From Tubulanus polymorphus (Eukaryota > Animalia > Nemertea): DNA of 64,000 nt. The DNA is taken from the NCBI RefSeq assembly GCF_964204645.1, contig NC_134029.1, positions 7,156,850 through 7,220,849 on the forward strand. Reading direction: 5' to 3'. Below the pieces are notes generated by a model that saw nothing but the letters and a program-made list of their open reading frames with translations, was not told the DNA's origin and made no database searches. Position numbers and translations under genes: made by a program. Below are positions 62,201 through 64,000 of this stretch, piece after piece (the stretch's first letter is position 1; each line of letters starts with the position of its first letter).

Positions 62201-64000
62201 GATTCAAATGACTTTTTTGAATCTGCCTTCACAAATATAGAAGCGTATGCCCACTAAGTTCAGACGTTCTGACGCCATCCGTAGTATTGTTTATATCTCG
62301 AGTGTTTTTTTATTTTGTTTCTTTTCCAATATGATTTTGCAAAATGCCAATATATACACGCAGCAATACATTGTTTTCATTAGTTCGACTTCGAGATCAG
62401 TTTCAAGAAGAAAATACCACAATAGATACCGCCGAAGCAATTATGCAATAGATCACTTGATGAATTGCCCGTCAATGTCGCCAGGACAACAAGATACATA
62501 TATACAAATCGGCTAGGGGGAAATAATCAACATTTTGTTTGGGTGCACATGCGCTGAATTATTATTTCGTTTTTCATATATCAACGAACGGCTTAGTTTT
62601 ATCGGGGCGGGGGGTGGCAGCGCTCGACCTCCCTGATTTTATTATCTAGTCGGTGAATTCACAATGAACGGATCGTAGAATATCTGATTATTAAAATCCG
62701 TTAGTTCTGCAAAGTATCAGCACGGGAGTATTATGGGCCAAGTAACATGCTAGCCGAATATGGGTTCGAATCTAAGGCTTGAATGCGAGGTTAATGTCAT
62801 CGGAAGGACTAGCGATTCACTATTGATTCAAATATGATACGAGTAGCCATGCAATTCATAGGCTTTCAATCATTTATTAATGAAATAATCGAAATATGAC
62901 TAAACGTGCGCGATTGGTTTTCAGTGAAATGATGGATATATTGACCACTTTCTGTTTACGTGATATATTAAAGTGTCGTGTCTGGGAAATGCTGGGTAGT
63001 TTGCCTATACGATCAATCAGTAACGTTTTCAGTCATATTTGCAGACTCTTGGCTGAAGTGTTTTCTTTTATGGTTTATACCATATATGCATTCTATGATT
63101 AGAAAGAATGTCCATAATTAGACAAAAATGAAAGATCTGATGACGAAAAGTGAGGATTTGACTCAAGGAGAAATGGTATTCTCTATGTTAGAAATAAGTC
63201 TGATGGCATAAGCCATCAATAAGCCTACGTTAGTAGGCCACAGGACCCCAAACATAGTACCTAGAATGAACAACGGTTTCCCAGTAAAGTTGCCATACTT
63301 CCAAAATTAGGAAAGATGACGAAAACCGTTATCATGAAGTATGTAATCCGTGTATACTAAAAAGACAAATTGATCATGAAATAGTTCCCAGAAACTATTA
63401 TGCCTTGAGTGAAAGTACCAAACATGGAGGATTCCCTACATCATTTAGCTCTAGAGTACTAAATGTACTTGTACACCTGTATTGGAATACCCATCCTTTC
63501 TCAAGGTCAAGATCAAGGTTTGATTATTTCAACAGATTGGTTAAGTATGTGAGCGCAATTGTGGTAATAGGAATATTTATGTTCATCATTGTTATCTTCA
63601 TCATCTTCATGGACTGATGGTTGAAATTTCAAAAGATGAGTCAAAAGCAAAAATGTATAGTTTAAGTTTTCAATGGTGGAAAATACTATGACCGTTCTCC
63701 TCCTACTGAAAGTAAACTTTCACTTCTAACACGGCAAATGATGGTCATGGTATACCTTTTACTGCGCTAAAAGGTCTCCATGTCAATCATAACCCATCGA
63801 AAGAGTACGAAGAGAAATGCATAAAGTACGGGAACAGGCTAAAATCGTTTTCCTTTTTCTTTTTGTCGACCGTAATCTCTATACATATCCCATTAGCAAT
63901 GGACATTGAGAGTGGCGGGAAATGGAGTGGCAGGAAACAGCAGTGGCAACAGTGGAAAGTGTGTCAGAATTTAACCAGCTTTTCTATCGCACATTTATCG

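Overview
AT-rich eukaryotic (invertebrate metazoan-type) genomic DNA with short GT-AG introns; no prokaryotic features. From left to right: a ~1.77 kb foldback element with ~580 bp inverted arms and microsatellites; a six-exon R7BP/RGS7BP-like gene (+, 9273-17082) that the ORF track mostly misses; then a compact housekeeping block arranged as three head-to-head pairs (ALDH7A1(-)/PIGBOS1-like microprotein(+), PSMC3(-)/TIMM8(+), UFSP2(-)/SLC25A43(+)), with UTP18(-) between the first two pairs. A young 5'-truncated CR1-type LINE sits just upstream of the PIGBOS1-like exon. The last exon of a two-pore K+ channel (-) lies near the right end. Introns hold many MITEs: piggyBac-like, Harbinger-like (one nested in a relative), Tc1- and hAT-like, and two TIR elements with a tRNA-like core. 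Two tiny CATGGA..TCCATG hairpins with 7-bp direct repeats resemble P-superfamily excision footprints. Gene names come from recognising translated sequence from memory, not from database searches. I found no clearly new multi-gene system.
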